Part shown: in pieces, positions 23,501-28,210 of the stretch
How positions within the stretch are numbered: position 1 is the first letter of the stretch
How the letters are laid out: each line of letters begins with the position of its first letter
Origin: an uncultured Christensenella sp.
Lineage (GTDB): Bacteria; Bacillota; Clostridia; Christensenellales; UBA1242
Assembly: GCA_949841595.1 (NCBI GenBank)
Contig: CATKZB010000002.1
Coordinates: 64,295-128,294 of the forward strand
Reading direction: 5' to 3'
Length of the DNA: 64,000 bases
Notes under the pieces: model-generated
The model's input: only the letters and a program-made list of their open reading frames with translations
What the model was told of the DNA's origin: nothing
Database searches by the model: none
Position numbers and translations under genes: made by a program

Positions 23501-25073
23501 CGTCGTCAACAGTTGAAATGCTTAAATTTTCTGCAGTTGAGATTTTGTATAAGTTTAAGTTAAGAGTTGTGACAGCATTTGCACTGCTCATTGAAACAAA
23601 ATTGATTTCAACGCCTTCCAAAGAGTCAAATCTGTTTGAACTAGAAAGATAAACATCTGTTCCACTTTGAATGCTGTCAGAAACATAAACACTCGAGCCT
23701 TGTTCACTTGGTCTAAAAACAACTTCTTGTCCACGACAATAAATTTTTAAGACATCTTCAACTCCTGACAAATTCAAGTTTCTCAAATTTGACTGATTCA
23801 AATCTACTGAAACAAAAAACATATTGTTGTCAATAGAAACATCTTCTGGTCCAACCACAGTGCTAACTTTAAAACCATTTCCAACTGCGTAGTCAGAGAA
23901 GACATCAATTTGTGCGTTGTTTAAACTGTTTTTGTTTTCGTCATACAAATCAACACGGGTTGCTGAATAGGCTGTTTTAATCAAAATTTCAACTTCATCA
24001 CTGAAAATATCATAAATGAAATCATGATAAGAAACTTTGAAATAAAAATACAAATCACCAAATTTAAGCAAATTTGCAGTGTCAAGTGATTCAATCACAA
24101 AATTGTAAGATCTTCTGTTTTCATTCTGTGAATTTGAAGTTATGTCTAAATTAAAATATTGTTCATATTCATTGCGATCAAGAAATCTTCTTGTTCCATC
24201 GCTAAGTTTTTCATAGACCTCAACATCCAAATCAATTTGGTAAGGTGTGTTAACAACAAGCACACCACTCACACTTGATCTGTTTGCATCATTTCTTTTG
24301 AGTTCAAAAACAACTTGTTTCGTTGCAGGAGTGTCATTTTGATACAACACCATATCTTCAATAGTCAAATTATTGATAGTCGAATTTTCAATAACATCAA
24401 AAGTTACTGAATCATGAATGCTTGCATTTCTTGAAAAACTTGCTCTAAGTTGAAGTTTGAACATATCAAAATTTTCATAAACATAAAGTGTTTGATTTTC
24501 AATTTTTGCTGCAAGTTGATCATTTCTCAAAAATTCTTGATTTCCAGTTTCCTCAAAAGACCAAACAACATCTCGCACATTTGCAGTGATTGGAGAGAAT
24601 TCAAAGTAATCCTCAAAACTAAGTTCTTTTGAACTTCCCTTAACAACAAACAAATCACTTCTTGCATCTTGATTGTCACCAGTTTTTTTGCTTATGCTTT
24701 CAACAACAGTCTTAACTGAAACAGAGATTATTTTGCTTTGCTTTATATCTTCAACAGCAGAAACTTTAACTTCTGCATCTCCACTTTTATTTCCAAAAAT
24801 TGTAAATGAAAAATTTCCTTCGCCTTTTTTTCTTACATCAGAATATGTAACACAATCTTCTCCTTTAAGAACTTCCACAACAATTCCAGCGTTGGAGTTT
24901 TCAAGGAAGACATCAATCTCTTTTTGTTGATAGTTTTCTTCTTGTTCATCATTCGTGAAAATAACCACTTCTTCCGTTGAAACAGAAAGTGAAATTTTCT
25001 TTTCACATGCCGACAGCAGAACCCCACCCAGAATCATAAACACACTCAAAATTCCAAGAGCAAATTTCTTCAT
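5532..25073 (-). CDS. giant surface lipoprotein, 6,513 aa, with Ig-like N-terminal domains and multiple GLUG-motif beta-helix modules
   Basis: Single uninterrupted ORF in the track. AGGAGG - 5 nt - ATG 25073. Signal peptide with lipobox LLSAC. Many GG(I/L/V)(V/I/F)G turns and recurring DGNGFTI-type module entries. No LPXTG motif and no C-terminal TM. Confidence 0.9.
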   Translation of the reverse strand: MKKFALGILSVFMILGGVLLSACEKKISLSVSTEEVVIFTNDEQEENYQQKEIDVFLENSNAGIVVEVLKGEDCVTYSDVRKKGEGNFSFTIFGNKSGDAEVKVSAVEDIKQSKIISVSVKTVVESISKKTGDNQDARSDLFVVKGSSKELSFEDYFEFSPITANVRDVVWSFEETGNQEFLRNDQLAAKIENQTLYVYENFDMFKLQLRASFSRNASIHDSVTFDVIENSTINNLTIEDMVLYQNDTPATKQVVFELKRNDANRSSVSGVLVVNTPYQIDLDVEVYEKLSDGTRRFLDRNEYEQYFNLDITSNSQNENRRSYNFVIESLDTANLLKFGDLYFYFKVSYHDFIYDIFSDEVEILIKTAYSATRVDLYDENKNSLNNAQIDVFSDYAVGNGFKVSTVVGPEDVSIDNNMFFVSVDLNQSNLRNLNLSGVEDVLKIYCRGQEVVFRPSEQGSSVYVSDSIQSGTDVYLSSSNRFDSLEGVEINFVSMSSANAVTTLNLNLYKISTAENLSISTVDDDDLPKITYMSSNITAARNLEFVVKIKDMTTLSGLNLVSSDNQRFDFSELAFVSSNFEGENFVVAKFSVTLNGANFSDSTKFWFEHVTGKKSQEYEIQAFAPMQSVSIQNSDKSSADVFKDESSLQTFVNKDGLILSDENRQSLSLSKLMMEAGTSLPLSTDYQNATLSETGVVYRYLSFENFVSAIKITNGITDTQEAVRIANQIYSENNLTVIAEYYRYFENLDNSLFRLTDSRLTLTDNAFKGYVCVLFGGFNEQHENITVARFFALESFYSTRYLSSNVQTTLLYTTETLSVSDINKSRIDVTISMRPDEKVPTYSNILTNFTFESAIEDFVYASEDGTTLKNSFYTLSDLSFANQGRFLKFRITANSTNLQTSVRDILSVTYLDENGIKRETEIQIEIRNVRRVESVEWLNKTLDNEIYLNLTTSVSSERNFTISTSVMPSEANDLGLDYSYFAIDGSSNDLSITTSQVGQTFNLSINTSKGGYGYLYLLPKDMIKMVDGVRQVLVYKYDVDEFGKTIETPIYIRLSNAEWNARFDEIINGSESISNYFLNNDGEKIYYKDIILRILVTIADGSSEGTAIRVYNQGDLEQIDFAKYYKIMNNVTFNNWKAYDTFSGMIFGKDESIALTFENNSENFVNQLNGTVKDLIFAGQANSVNGLAGGFVANTNNGLISNCAVDVYYKDGEYKSSEIYSDATSAVGAVAGINNGQIENVKIYGASINAEHASFVGGIVGQNFGKISESGFEFYNFAAQDGNKYSNKIIAGGTVGGIVGFTGASSVVERTYVYAYSLTNEDSNCETVISNGNFAKGVFAGSHADGARFVESFGFVGDLNSPLNSSTNNTLAIFENCYMTYYLNGEIRTRIFKNAQFAFVNDVYFGGQISDADLLRSEDIPNSTNQNGSQKWQNLISSLNNSIWETENIEVKNNFGFMYLKNTVQSASVDLSSVEVNDNLDPLKSLKVDQDKGVLFVYKTQTNVSDAVEKANLDSLNTISVAELFGIQPKEARSLLLTSDSKSISISANSIKILSKTTEVFDIKVHSKMNFTEFKTFSFIVLNRLPKLSTTLNGVELKDNQIILIQSGKSRNVTYNFNNSVFLGNNVVPYALERDDYTIGFNLADNTNVEGNNYIAVSRSNNSLVVQGKNSHNNNAVTKLETFVSALSIENQVFADAIKNQFARNFDVSVYNGATALAINNANNLVVKPSQYAVFDVSMTTDNVEDDLVFGLKYGEIDLPFDVVGANNISFVVDSKLTLEVSWTKKFLGEKDYRFNVLVKIKDSQKHLLDKNYDNLVLSVNALSQISNQIYQKIIGIYVETQDVEDISISTYNVANRQIRNSVLYINPSDEITNTLAPSSDAVVAVTVSPAYAKMTHFTLTYSTTGTGNVGTVNLSRLSYNSSFGYFVNPASTSLIENGIRVNLTENDRTGTGVFYFRLYISSAFTSTSGLKLTLTYYDGEEILISGTHNLAVDYLQEANIKVNGSSTYVLSKGETAEVTVTLSLDQNLYELYLQNNGANISLSTATVEIFNNYKVYTANITAYVDATLDGGKSSGIFYVCASVERTLNNVQEIKVSRATLCLVDFSINANETSVRGSGATRTYNGKTYDVYYSYLNETSILNFNYSMNPENYVYDSNNLSEVEAVEQLMAKRNQFALKNNYKDDEVGYYINYRLNENDGRYHELSLKQQLWYAASESNSTAIYNENYQTFLTNDLFDFDEHEVGQYAGCLTITGKRSGVQLMKLQTTVVYQGIEFVYDYYFLIAVEIWSDEETPTQISSAQEFIDLTTKSVEPDDYILMNDIVLEDYTPIDTDLIKSLDGNGFTIHLNSFAMPTGSALNLALFNTVSADTTLKNVRVNVYNGGQITANIDQYKDINVAGFAITNNGVIYNCEVVSYYDSSYQKHTVSGDNGLVVKYTKGSNSDPIELTSAMGIESSIAGFVITNNSSVMNSRVGGTDFKHIVDIAGVNYISSQTLGKFVIDGQVEVAGFVIANESTGYISASFAKNVQIYNRMNSNVSLTSGFVLRNSNNIQNSFVEGMRSNDDEEVYNNLSNISSLGVVSGFVYENSKLVKNSYSNIAIENKALKSSMVAGFVYINREGAEVSLCFSACEILKTDINQMHFSGVDDFANSLNYGEISVSYFYNETRVDDTNQSKVTKGALAIHEIKQDTLYGFSFASSEDSYDGIWMMTSHGISLVSANQIALSNRYAVTNGRITSLFYNRNILNVDNMAMVDLSYGGENNPIIIRNARDFAMATGKATTNEISSYKVYYNDKKVFGNYRFVNNVDMSEIDQNSENDNSVKLTTTEKTFEGLIDGNGFTISNINLGSSKQLENYGLFAKLDGAVIMNLDFIVDSVHNAQANIVGTLAGTAIDTRILAVTLSPVSSETNTDNTAVHGNNIVGGVVGMLFGESRLSDITVKDIDIYSSYYSNSKDIYSNSQKVGNKLRQVADDRVSLSSLISTLSYAGAVAGYVDVYDDLNSEYVKYSTTLQVSDYNIVTVHVSDAVNIYGEVAGGLFGYVGNSTLIYDANIKLDADMSLSKPSYITSKNLYAGGLIGENYGGLFAVSASYTDELQQAIERSENTYYNGTLSTEKGQQSIFSYTNQDAGFATNTNDPMFVGGLVGYMGGGYIYIGYNKLNVISHSDKTKAVGGIIGLAGYSEDKFDLTFLTKTPKVNILLNDVYASGDVYVDGKIGVAGGIVGAVEKNENNMSAVALKNVMATNYYTYDGAKLAGDKAVLNDNSYLSDRHFMLVGDIYSKAGEVNGLISDLLLIDSDDNYFNVRTSEKVGGDTSSLTVGGYNQVKVGDVSLKLNPFGFDKENATYYDVNNARLLLAENIGSKSMSTPEAAYARMYSYFLANGWSEEFWSHEQNNLFPEIELLPKLNVLYWDAFNTEEVLKAMKNSGLTVVLRGKVNNSENDFNYTDIDLTNFPETDELKTTIEGFRGHLVSYADYMYTDTEGNVTIGQEKENGGSVGDRVGIILNKPLFSTLEPGAEVEGITFYINQERDGFEGIVESYTNLATFRKTKIVLNKETVLNTKLSTRNAETAHSAGLISAYAYSTSLIDTDVVLRENASLQLNYTESNVNANVYMGILAGYVRQESGYTSISVQNLDLVREATDNSADKIIVKFSSKENSNYNTMNVGLYAGAILKGSGTPARISMSMATLNNVEIDLGVSKGNEVNVGGYVGAVNSVDSMDFSFKENETDKEDGILISQNSSLKKLRAGLVFGKMESSYFSTTNSKAKKLFGKIYQASKASTEEAKIGGIAGELSSSASVRNVSVDLKVGKLEENNNLEHSYTKEVDGKIVNIFDENSYSYALSPYTISSGSDNALGGLFGSVSGGVSVSGACDISGVIDVQVGTDSTATAKANPVTEPMKTVSVGGMIGKTTGTFAINATNSQNTLNIAVKGDNAYLGGVIGQVAGFSEASDNTQTANLSSNLAGVNVTGIVLSDVKSLKFGGAIGFVGRKDYTDSSKRINISNVVYGGALKSFGDKDSLGKISVGGIVGEFDINGATEPSETTRAYSISNSFAYGDVFVNYLPYKGDDKTGVYINQKLDQYSFGGIVGVGAYINVNNCVSMMTNFNNRLPNEMESIGQVGAIVGRNADAVKYESNYYSSGVCLAYQEQTGNQDLGYNENRTDFLGYTSIVDKGEDQTSVSLPMGGDILSHAGKYVTLNSFAEGHKLKPYAWASKDADKSLDDGENKVDITGNFNNIKWISLTEDITTENPIADNFTNTVFVGNGHTLTRKDVKTDYTARAGAIVNSMGTQFNTATTKPSEENIPNFNAITSLLVDLDVMADMDSGYGYGGVAGNVTGNSFIYAVGVKGDLSVGNTGDVRLGGIAGMLEYGFIDECYVDAEISYRGTANGFVSGIANLKENNATIKNTYSSGMITTYSDNQVYTFAQAIGENSSIVDCYSNTQIRRFNITNSSASAVSEKTNNHFISENISRIANVYNGSYDVPKNFVTEENKDKKEDLDCKDIVDVSVKYSGLKERRKSIYAADKTNNGSYSAGYSTWYFSPYTNNGYATHGFGYLKNVTTYTREALKATNAEGESVEYKDGKYKYSAISYAYTINNDKTGSTNKADKNDEWYLAVLNVGKLYQMNKETRTANYKFVLRYGFEVNSSVLENINENIYFDGQGNTLDFGNIKNENGEPNQAVGLFNNVVGDIENLRLTNVNVTAKSGFTNVGLLARQVTGNISNITVVGELSANKNTIINVGGVVGELIGNASGIDAVVNITTSTSGVITGGVVGYMHKAKPAKPETTTAEGNAENSTDNVSLSYSSNSGMIINKAENNKQIEINDKLLSIKRYKKSNNDIDSPSIDNIVGGLVGYAEGVTVSNSYNANAVLSGYITTKSVPYLAGGVVGYAQNSEITESYNTGFVGAGNYSSTNYSLAGGIFGYGNGVEVSSCINDGAVQAINKVVDNNITQEISELKIISNGYNHQEWTNDPFDITYEVTSTYNKDKFRQVYAYGIGYAGRGNNSFESNSTSIRNIKNDGNMGEFVDTQEITLNRKNILDNDNDGKKLPFYGQFDADTKIKTNGLDSYGLSQRIYMTDTITRTYGNPNGSGNINEIQTTYESNDWNKNYNRYSAIYNKNGNKLSQESDDTQTGLNGKTSGYSEMDFSLSGTSTYTASTEFVGYDALVHDEEGYYFGLVGFDLAKQQVVENTTNSILDDISEKISEIDKKRDSSKETLKKIFVNGINVVIVPSGEGLKTVYAPHHATVTVSLTGNNIDVSKITKNDIVVKEVKVGGRSVNPQYYSVKINGTEATIDLYFAEKVENADITVTFTYSTTPQEITLKRQNVIYYSGQKEDGSVDEEHKGVYILLKNNNNEFISSTQVEDIKNGRTEGNKEIKYSWSARVGDVLLDSWELGFFSNSNEDSFKLENNCAYLFNKDLESIEDLAGILSFTLTTTTTVVENTSTIIGETNKTEELNLAEIEDVVSSVIPFNGYEKTILSNKLSGFEDVKNETNDVYGKRVSLSTLESAGKVAFGSSNYSFGFAKNAWTSADNMLDNYKVYVDKDEDTGVNYLYIVKADLVEVDGVTEEKINQNAEWTGDDEIRLAGFVGAQDLYLRKNSENSYSGSISTSRTDSIGRNDLSFVIERELQNQGDFNTGGNYTGEDFENANVGNEEYIEKVTKTFFGIEFVEMKVSYVYKLSKVEITALKDFGYEIKVLTGESVVNYIQGCLEKDETVKVIENIENAKDKSISVSYNLKNILNDNERFQLQEQRDDSNNLQAVSMLSNDLLADENDSKYYTFTKTTEEVIAESSTNENLSRLIDLISGRNYVSTRMESRIVDKNENHTFNYAFDYRVYETGAVGVEFEVEGNSIRYVFDFTNNKMFKLNKGESGYDYSSVEAEENIDFSLLNGINYSKKQVEKTVPIKDEAGAVIGEEKYTVWEVTWQNGSEKLNIDLIVGDFNENHITFIRNEIGEFSVEITKTGDPEIYVAPSENMTLFNETNNTISVSDKLDGGTFVENSFEYSLNGGEWISATKENDVFVVDGLNLGENNVQYRYAISKDITKEKSVFTESSEEIFDANVVILSGDCYIEEFNFSSNDKILLAENHVIKYQSNSNSNGISLFGENNKYIENLNLVGIVSMENLKESGENSLLCKSSSASINNISLFGNIRNVNNQMSGYVDFGVKVSGDKIKSFVAINGLDGTTNNVDVNVTIKDCGEVKLPDNNENSYISKNLIVAGNGANGTNGKLRADNHNGDDAKVGGNGGNIEVNSAFSGIVRIGTAGVGGYGGNGENGCFNNNTVLGGGGAGRAGQTGSNGTSTGVTGLAINGSKGTIKNFNGNSGIGGFGRIVGNTYYSSGKAGSLANKTENGFEEVRLPNGLMMLKPKVILNTGEGSKGISMGNWRVQNGNNIAFGMARNLKIFNNRTEAEGYYEFNNYTAMNYDDILKKHWISRVGNAFEKETTYSSTEKVYYSEQTVISKHDRMYIPSVVWFYWISSGSVENYQKVIWTSGENINSGGNFVAGQQIN

Positions 25074-25092
25074 TGTGTCCTCCTAAAATAAT

Positions 25093-25109
25093 ATTTGCAA
25101 TATGCAAAT
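25093..25109 (-). promoter_or_regulatory. perfect 7-3-7 palindrome in the predicted 5' leader of the giant gene (operator or 5' stem-loop)
   Basis: ATTTGCA-ATA-TGCAAAT, between the predicted -10 and the SD. Confidence 0.4.
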
Positions 25110-25122
25110 TTTTATATAATAT

Positions 25123-25152
25123 ATTATAAATAAATTAATATAGCGAAGTCAA
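25123..25152 (-). promoter_or_regulatory. near-consensus sigma-A promoter of the giant gene
   Basis: Minus strand: TTGACT (25152-25147) - 18 nt - TATAAT (25128-25123), about 50 nt upstream of ATG 25073. Confidence 0.5.
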
Positions 25153-25268
25153 ATTTTGTCGAAAAAAATCACATAATTAAAAAATAATTTTTTTATTAAA
25201 AAAATATTAATAAAATTATTAAATAAAAATAATGCAAATTAAATGTTTGCATTTGTTTTCGCTATATT
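25137..25268. repeat. perfect 11-bp inverted repeat pair bracketing 110 bp
   Basis: AATATAGCGAA (25137-25147) and TTCGCTATATT (25258-25268). These are among the few G/C-containing words in an almost pure A/T region. Confidence 0.6.
25231..25253 (-). terminator. weak AT-rich stem-loop, possible spoIIID terminator
   Basis: AATGCAAA - 7 nt - TTTGCATT, followed on the minus strand by ATTTTTATTT. It lies ~175 nt beyond the spoIIID stop. Confidence 0.35.
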
Positions 25269-25424
25269 GCTGAAAGCACGATATATAGCAATATTTAAAT
25301 TTAATTAAATTATTAAATAATTATAAATATTAATAAAAAAACACAAAAAAATTAATATTTTTTGCATTTTTAAATGATTTTTTTAATATTTTTTTATTTT
25401 AATTTATTTTTAAATAATTTTTGA

Positions 25425-25673
25425 TTATTTATTTTTATATTTTATTTTCGTTGATTGTCCACCCCGAATATGTTTTTCAGCAAAATTTTTGTCCAACACA
25501 TTTTGCACTTTTGTATACAATTTTTTATCTAACTTTTTCAATCTTTTTGACAAGTCATTATGAACAGTGCTCTTGCTTAGATGAAAAATCTGTGCTGTTT
25601 TTCTGATTGTGTCACCAGTTTCAGTTATATGTTGAGCCACCTGCAAAGTTCTCTCTTTGATATAAGGTTTCAT
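25425..25673 (-). CDS. spoIIID: stage III sporulation protein D (small HTH regulator)
   Basis: MKPYIKERTLQVAQHI...KSTVHNDL...RGGQSTKIKYK resembles B. subtilis SpoIIID as I recall it. AGGAGG SD lies before ATG 25673. Confidence 0.85.
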   Translation of the reverse strand: MKPYIKERTLQVAQHITETGDTIRKTAQIFHLSKSTVHNDLSKRLKKLDKKLYTKVQNVLDKNFAEKHIRGGQSTKIKYKNK

Positions 25674-25783
25674 ATTTCCTCCTATATCACAATCTATGAG
25701 AGAATTTGTCACATTATGCAATTTTTTGTCGATTGATCATTTTTAAAAATAAAAAACACGGAAAGATTTTTCCGTGCATTTGA

Positions 25784-26014
25784 TTATTTTTGACATTCTT
25801 CAAGCAATTCAACTATCTGACCTATCGTCTTAACTTGACCTATCTTTTCATCTGGAATTGTGATTCCATATTCATCTTCCAAAGTCATAAGCATTTCAAT
25901 AACATCCAATGAATCTGCTCCAAGGTCTTCAACAATATTAGACTCTGCTGTAATCGCATCTTTAGCAACGCCAAGTTGTTCAGCAACAAGGTCTTTAACT
26001 TTATCGATAATCAT
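25784..26014 (-). CDS. acpP: acyl carrier protein
   Basis: LGADSLDVIEMLMTLEDEYGI phosphopantetheine-attachment motif, ~76 aa. GGAGG - 5 nt - ATG 26014. Confidence 0.85.
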   Translation of the reverse strand: MIIDKVKDLVAEQLGVAKDAITAESNIVEDLGADSLDVIEMLMTLEDEYGITIPDEKIGQVKTIGQIVELLEECQK

Positions 26015-26079
26015 ATCAACCTCCATGCGTTAATATTAGCATAAATCGATAAAGAAAATCAACTTATTTTAAGAACAAA

Positions 26080-26643
26080 CTATTTATTTTGCAAATCAAG
26101 ATAATTGTTAGGGTCAACTTCTAAACCATTTTTCAACAATGTAAAGTGCAAATGACTTCCATTTTTAGACTCGTTTGTAGCAGTGTCCGAAGCATTTCCA
26201 ATTGCTTGTCCTTTGGTCACTTTGTCACCTTCTTTAACTTTGACATCTTCTGCCAATGAAGAATAAACACTCACAAAACCGTCTGCATGTTCAATCTTAA
26301 CAACACTTCCATTCAAAGAATCTGTGCTTACAGATGCAATGATTCCATCTGCAACTGAAAAGACTTCGCTGTTTTCAGAAGACAAATCCACTGACAAATG
26401 AATTTCCCATCTTTTTAAACTTTCGTTAAATTGCAAATGATCATCAGCATAATCTTTAACGACAACTGCATTGTTCATTGGCAATTCAAATTTAATATTG
26501 TCCGTTGAAACTGGTTTCCCTTCATTTGATTTGACACACAAAGCGATTGTCAATGCAATAGCCAAAGAGAACACACATGCAAGACTTAACACTCCATATC
26601 TTTTGAATAGTTTTTTAAATTTACTTTCTTGTTTGATTTCCAT
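26080..26643 (-). CDS. M23/LytM peptidase with N-terminal TM (SpoIIQ-like architecture)
   Basis: N-terminal TM LSLACVFSLAIALTIALCV, HLSVD (HxxxD) and HLHF (HxH) motifs. GGAGGG SD. Confidence 0.75.
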   Translation of the reverse strand: MEIKQESKFKKLFKRYGVLSLACVFSLAIALTIALCVKSNEGKPVSTDNIKFELPMNNAVVVKDYADDHLQFNESLKRWEIHLSVDLSSENSEVFSVADGIIASVSTDSLNGSVVKIEHADGFVSVYSSLAEDVKVKEGDKVTKGQAIGNASDTATNESKNGSHLHFTLLKNGLEVDPNNYLDLQNK

Positions 26644-26767
26644 AATCCCTCCACAACCTAATCATTGACAGCTTTCACGATTTTAAACATAAAATTTTAA
26701 AAAGTTTCAGATTTTTCACTGGTTTTAAACATTTTTGAATGTAAAAACCCCAATTTTTGATAATTTT

Positions 26768-27232
26768 TTAATATCCCGTCAAAATCACAGGAAATCCTGC
26801 AACTATTTTATTTTCATCTGAAATCGCTATTTGAACATTAACTTTTTTGTTTTCCACATAAACACAATTTTGATAAAATGGAGTATATCCACAATAAATT
26901 GTCAAATTTTCAATTTTCATTTGTGTTACTTCTTGAAATTTAAGTTCTTTTTTCAAAACTTCAAAATCTTTGTTTTCAAAATAAAGTTGAACCCCTTGCG
27001 ATTTGTTAGCAAACTTTTTTAAATTCTCTTTTGCTGTGGCAAGCGAACAATAATTGAAAAATTGAGATCCACTTACAACAACTTCCACGCTTTCAGAATC
27101 AAACTTCTCATCAGAAACAAAACAAACCCTATCTATCCCCTGAAGTTCAAATAAAACATTTTTCTCTATTTTGAAAACTGCCGTCGATGCCAAACAGCAG
27201 AGAATCATAACAAAAACTATCAACTTTTTCAT
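26768..27232 (-). CDS. secreted/anchored 154-aa protein, possibly YwmB-like
   Basis: N-terminal signal-like helix. The C-terminal ...VAGFPVILTGY resembles the YwmB-family ending as I recall it. Weak call. Confidence 0.35.
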   Translation of the reverse strand: MKKLIVFVMILCCLASTAVFKIEKNVLFELQGIDRVCFVSDEKFDSESVEVVVSGSQFFNYCSLATAKENLKKFANKSQGVQLYFENKDFEVLKKELKFQEVTQMKIENLTIYCGYTPFYQNCVYVENKKVNVQIAISDENKIVAGFPVILTGY

Positions 27233-27307
27233 AAGTTAACTATTGTCACAAAAACAAAAAATTAAACTCAATAAAAAAATTGTGGTAACAACCACAACTC
27301 TTTTCTT

Positions 27308-27586
27308 CTATTTGATCAACAAATATAAAAACACTGCCCATAAAACCAACGAAACAACAAAACCTGTCCAACAAAAAACAAGGTGTAAATTAATTTTTCT
27401 GCTATCTTCACTTTTTTGCGTATTCTTTGTTTCCTCTTCCATGCTCACATCCAAACTCAGAGTTGGTTTTTCATCCTCTTTTTCTTCCAAAATAACAATG
27501 TCTTCTTTAACTTGCTTTGGTGGAAGAGGTGGCAAATTTCTGAGTTCTTTTGGTGGAGGTGGCATAAATGGTTTCTTCTGTTCCAT
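27308..27586 (-). CDS. Pro-rich, acidic, C-terminally anchored small protein
   Basis: AAAGGAG - 5 nt - ATG 27586. MEQKKPFMPPPPKELRNLPPLPPK..., with C-terminal TM VFCWTGFVVSLVLWAVFLYLLI. Confidence 0.45.
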   Translation of the reverse strand: MEQKKPFMPPPPKELRNLPPLPPKQVKEDIVILEEKEDEKPTLSLDVSMEEETKNTQKSEDSRKINLHLVFCWTGFVVSLVLWAVFLYLLIK

Positions 27587-27639
27587 TTTCACTCCTTTAA
27601 TGATTTTATCTCAAAACAACAAAAATGTCCAACATTTTG

Positions 27640-28182
27640 TCAGGACTGTTGAACATTTTTCCAAATATTTTGCACATTTTGATTGATATCAAGGGTTTCA
27701 ATCACAAAAGTTAAAATATATTTTTCTTTACTCACAAAATTTGTTTCATCAGGAATCACAAGATAATTGCAAAAAGTTATCTTATTCCCTCCCCTCAAAA
27801 CATCATCAAAATAATAGTATCCATCTTCAGCTTTTTCGAAATGTTCTGTTGTCACAAAATCAAATTCAGCTTCATTCTCTATTCCAAATGTCTTTGCTTT
27901 TACTCTGACAGCAACATCATAATTAAGATTTGATGCATTTATTTGCACAACTTGTGGAATTGCTTCACTAGGCAAATAAGACCCATCAAAAGTCATCGAA
28001 ACAACATTAGATTGATTTGGTTCAACACTTACACAAACTGTATCTCCCACAACCAAATCGGAGTTTGAATGTAAATAAGAAACAGAAAAATAATATCCAC
28101 TCAATCCCAAAATAATGGATAAAATTAATAACCCTGAAAGAATAATTACAGCAAAAAGCCAAGGAACTGTATTCTTTTTCAT
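27640..28182 (-). CDS. N-terminally anchored 180-aa hypothetical protein
   Basis: ORF track. One N-terminal TM followed by a beta-rich ectodomain. Confidence 0.5.
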   Translation of the reverse strand: MKKNTVPWLFAVIILSGLLILSIILGLSGYYFSVSYLHSNSDLVVGDTVCVSVEPNQSNVVSMTFDGSYLPSEAIPQVVQINASNLNYDVAVRVKAKTFGIENEAEFDFVTTEHFEKAEDGYYYFDDVLRGGNKITFCNYLVIPDETNFVSKEKYILTFVIETLDINQNVQNIWKNVQQS

Positions 28183-28210
28183 ATATATAGTTTAAACTAC
28201 AAACATTTTA

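Noticed and set aside
25295-25424. Repetitive-looking A/T text (ttaaat, aataa, tttta units) upstream of the giant gene, checked as a possible CRISPR array or tandem repeat
   Set aside because: There is no fixed-length repeat/spacer periodicity and no repeat unit longer than a few nt. It is low-complexity A/T sequence, possibly curved DNA, and not an array.
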